Source: Cenococcum geophilum
Taxonomy: Eukaryota
Length of the DNA stretch: 64,000 nucleotides
Reading direction: 5' to 3'
Assembly (NCBI GenBank): GCA_050273025.1
Contig: CP158636.1
Location: forward strand, 6,200,001-6,264,000
Shown: piece after piece, positions 60,501-64,000 of the stretch
How the letters are laid out: the number at the start of each line of letters is the position of its first letter
Position numbering within the stretch: position 1 is the first letter of the stretch
Notes under the pieces: model-generated
What the model saw: the letters and a program-made list of their open reading frames with translations, nothing else
Told to the model about the DNA's origin: nothing
The model's database searches: none
Made by a program: the position numbers and the translations under genes

Positions 60501-63427
60501 TTTTAACTATTTAATCGTGGTTGATATTATGTATATTAATGGCGCACCCCTTTTATATATTATTAATAAAGGAACACGATTTTAAGCTGGTAGATAGCTG
60601 TAAAATATTAGCGCTAAGCATATATGGGATATATTACGAATGTGCTAGATTAATATATACCTAGGACCTCCTAATATTATTACACATAATATAGGTAAGA
60701 ATTTTATAAGCAAGGAATTTAAATAATATGCTATAATATTTGGAACAGTTATAAGAAGTGTACCTGTCGAAGCCTATAATTTAGTCGGAATGGTAGAACG
60801 CTACTATGGCCCCCTCCGTTATATATACTATATTATTACTATAGAACTGCTAGATATTAGTAAGGATATAGCCCTACAAATGGCTTTTAAAGCAATTAAC
60901 GATTCCGCAGGCCCTAACGGTTTTATATCCACCTTACTAGTATTCGGAGCTTACCTATATATGGTGGAATCCGACGTACCTAACCCTACAGTTATATAAC
61001 GAACAGCAGCTCTTAAAAAGGTTATGGAAGAAGTTAAGAAGCTTAGAGCTGAGCGCTAAGTAGCAGATGCCCTTAACATGCGCAACGGACCTAAAACAAC
61101 TATAATCTATAACCTACCACTTAACTTACCCGTATTAGTATAGAGAGAAGGACCTATAGGCCAACCTAGCTACTAGTCTGGTCCGTATAACCTACTTAGC
61201 ATTAAAAATAAGACCTGTACTATATAACTTCCCTATAGACCAACTAACTTCCGCAGCACGGTTGTGAAATTATATCTAGTAGACCCTAAGATTATAGAGG
61301 ATATGTAACTAGAAGACGATAAAAGTAAACCACCTTAAACTAAACCTAAACCCCTACCTCAAACTAAACCTAAACCCCTACCTTAAACTAAGCCTAGACC
61401 TTAACCCGTTAAGCATAGAAGAGGTAGACCACATAAGTACCCTATTAAAGCTAATACCGCGAACATTTTAATATATCTATAAGATAAGAATAATAATCAA
61501 CTTATAAAGTCTAATTAGTTTATAGTATTACGCCAGAAGGAAATTAAGGGATTACTTAAGAAAGGAGTTTTTGAACTAGTTAACCCTAAAGATATACCAT
61601 AAAGTAATAGAGTATTTAACTCTAGATTTGTTAACGAGATTAAGAACCCCAGTTCTAATAAAGCCTTTAAGAAGTTAAGACTAGTTATATAGGTATATAA
61701 TGACCTAGAAAAAGACCTCGTATTAACCCAATTACCTACGATCCAACGAGTTAGCTAACGCCTTATTCTCTGTATTACGGCCATAACTTAGAACAATAGT
61801 ATATATCTCTACTTACGAGATATTTTATAGGCCTATATATAATTAGCTATAAGACTAAATTAAGACTTCTATATTAGGGCACCTCTCGAACTTAGTACGG
61901 CACTTAGAGTCTTATAAGGCACAATTCTAAAGGTTATTAGACCTTTATACGGCATTCCTAAGGCAGGCAATTATTAGTTTAAGACTTACTATAACCACTA
62001 TATTAAAGAACTAAACATAAGCCAATCTACTTATGACCCCTACTTACTCCACCTTAATAACCCTATAAATTTTAAAATAGTTGGTTTATAGACTGATAAT
62101 ACCCTCCTACTAGCTAACTTAGTCTTTACAGCTTTAGAACAGGAGAAGATTAAAAAAGCTAAGTTCCTAACTAAGGAACGCGAACAACTTACGCCGGAAT
62201 ACCTAATTAAGTTTAACGGAGGCATTATCCAATAATAGGATTATATAATTACGCTTATATAGGAGCGCTAATGCTAGAACTTAATCCTTATTAATATTAA
62301 GGAAGCTATTATAATAACTAGTTCCAGAGGTACTATTCGCACAGCACTTATACTTAAGGACTAATACATTACCTAATAAGCAAGAGGAGCTTATATTGCG
62401 TCCGTATACTAGCCTAAAGCTTCTTTTAATTTATCCTACGCTGCCTAGGTAATTAACCCTAACGAGAAAGACGCAAAACTGCTTAATAAGAGGATTTAGT
62501 AGTAAATTAAGAACCTAATAAGAGGTTTAAACTTTGTTAAACTCGATATAGAGATATTATAACTACTTATATTTACTAATTCCTTATTTATAAATAATAA
62601 GGATCTCTTATTATAGATTAGATATATCCTAGTACTAGTAAACTTATTAAATAAGGCGAATATCGTCTACTGGTCCTTAGTTAAGTGTAAGAGAATCACT
62701 AGAAGTGTACTAGCCTCCGAATTATATGCTATGGCCTATAGTTTTGACATCGGCGCTATAATTAAGGCCACAGTCGAATTATAACTTAACATTAGCCTAC
62801 CGCTTATCCTTTGCACCGATTTAAAGTCGATCTATAAATGCCTCGTTAAACTAGGAACTACATAGGAGAAGAGACTTATAATTAATGTTATGTGCCTACG
62901 TTAGTTATATAAAAGACGCGAAATAGCTAAAGTTAAGTGGATTAATAGAGACAGTAACCCTATAGACGCTATAACTAAAAGCAAACCGTTATTAGCTCTT
63001 AAGTAACTTATTAACATAAACCAAATCGAGTTAAAGACAGTAGAATGGGTAGAACGTGCTATTAATAATAGCACTGATATAAAGGCATAAGGAAGGAAGG
63101 AAGGAAAGAAGGAAGAAAAGAAAGAGAAGTGTATATATGGATTTTCGAACTGCACAGTTGTAGGATACTAGTCCTCTGTATTTTCTAAAGTACTCCTAGT
63201 GTAGCTAGAATATATTGCATTGCAATAGGAGGCAAATTGCCGCCACGTGTGGCAAGTTGCCGTTACGTGAGGCAAGTTGCCGTCATGTGTTACCGCGGCA
63301 CTAGCGTGGTAAGGAACCTTAAGTTCCTCACCCTTCTTCGTATTGAAAGACAACATCTATCTACAACACCGTATAGTATATATCATTGTGATATATGTAT
63401 TCTGCACGTTGTTAAAGCATACCAATA
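57540..63427 (+). mobile_element. Full-length Ty1/Copia retrotransposon, GalEa-like, RIP-degenerate
   Basis: 228-bp LTRs 57540-57767 and 63200-63427; 5-bp TSD ggtat; order gag-PR (IID.G.S ~59910)-integrase (L.RRF.HP ~60330)-RT-RNase H (CTD.KSIY.CLVKLGT..EKRL); ctgattagt immediately after the 5' LTR. Confidence 0.93.
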
Positions 63428-63432
63428 GGTAT

Positions 63433-64000
63433 AACTAGTTGTAATAGGACTAGCTTAGTTACAGTAGGAACGTCTTAGTAAAACACTTAACAGATAAATT
63501 CCAACGCTTTAACTAAATTCTACTAAATTCTGCTAGCTTAATTAACTTCTGCTAAGTTCTACTAGATTAATTAAATTCTACTAAAGTCTATTAAAGACCA
63601 CGTGCATATATGCGTATGTATTAACCACTAAGACCCCTAACTATTTAGTTATAATATTCTCTCGTTATTCTTTTCTTTTCTTTACGCAATGTCTTGTTCT
63701 CTATAAGAGCTATATCCTTAAATTTAAATAGAATATATTTTATTCCTTTAAATCTACTCTAAAGCCTCTTTAAACCCTTATACTATATTATATTAAAACA
63801 ACTACTATTAAAATAGTAAATGAACTTAAACCTCCTATATTAACCGTAAGTATTATAGCCCTAGTTAGGGAATAGTTAACTATAATATAATAGTCTTTTA
63901 TAGATGCCCTATCTTAGTAACGGACTATATTAGAAGCTTAGCACTAGTAATTAATAGAAGCAATCCGCGAAGAACTTTATAATATAAAAGCACTTATAAT
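63433..64000. other. RIP-degraded repeat relic with short ttctactaaa-type repeats
   Basis: TpA-rich; repeated (a)ttctactaaa/ttctgcta motifs at 63515-63590. Confidence 0.45.

Overview
Eukaryotic DNA from a filamentous ascomycete (Pezizomycotina, inferred from short GT..CTRAC..AG introns and strong RIP-type CpA>TpA decay of repeats). GC-rich gene islands alternate with AT-rich, RIP-degraded transposon blocks. 1-10.7 kb: nested Ty3/Gypsy relics and a small MITE. 11.5-17.7 kb: a PAS-domain gene and the PRC2 subunit EED, divergently arranged. 18.4-32.0 kb: a hAT transposon inserted in a kinase-vWA pseudogene and itself carrying a full-length chromovirus and a 1.33-kb TRIM-like element, both with self-priming signatures. 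32.8-40.1 kb: an NLR-like NACHT-ankyrin-SPRY gene whose SPRY domain is split by a 1.8-kb Mutator-like foldback element. 41-56 kb: TPR protein, secreted Cys-rich protein, RING protein, RS-cyclophilin, KRR1, IFA38 and a retropepsin-like orphan. 56-64 kb: RIP relics, a pogo-type MITE and a complete but RIP-killed GalEa-clade Copia element. No rRNA, tRNA or CRISPR array was recognised. All coordinates and exon boundaries were read by eye; no database searches were run.
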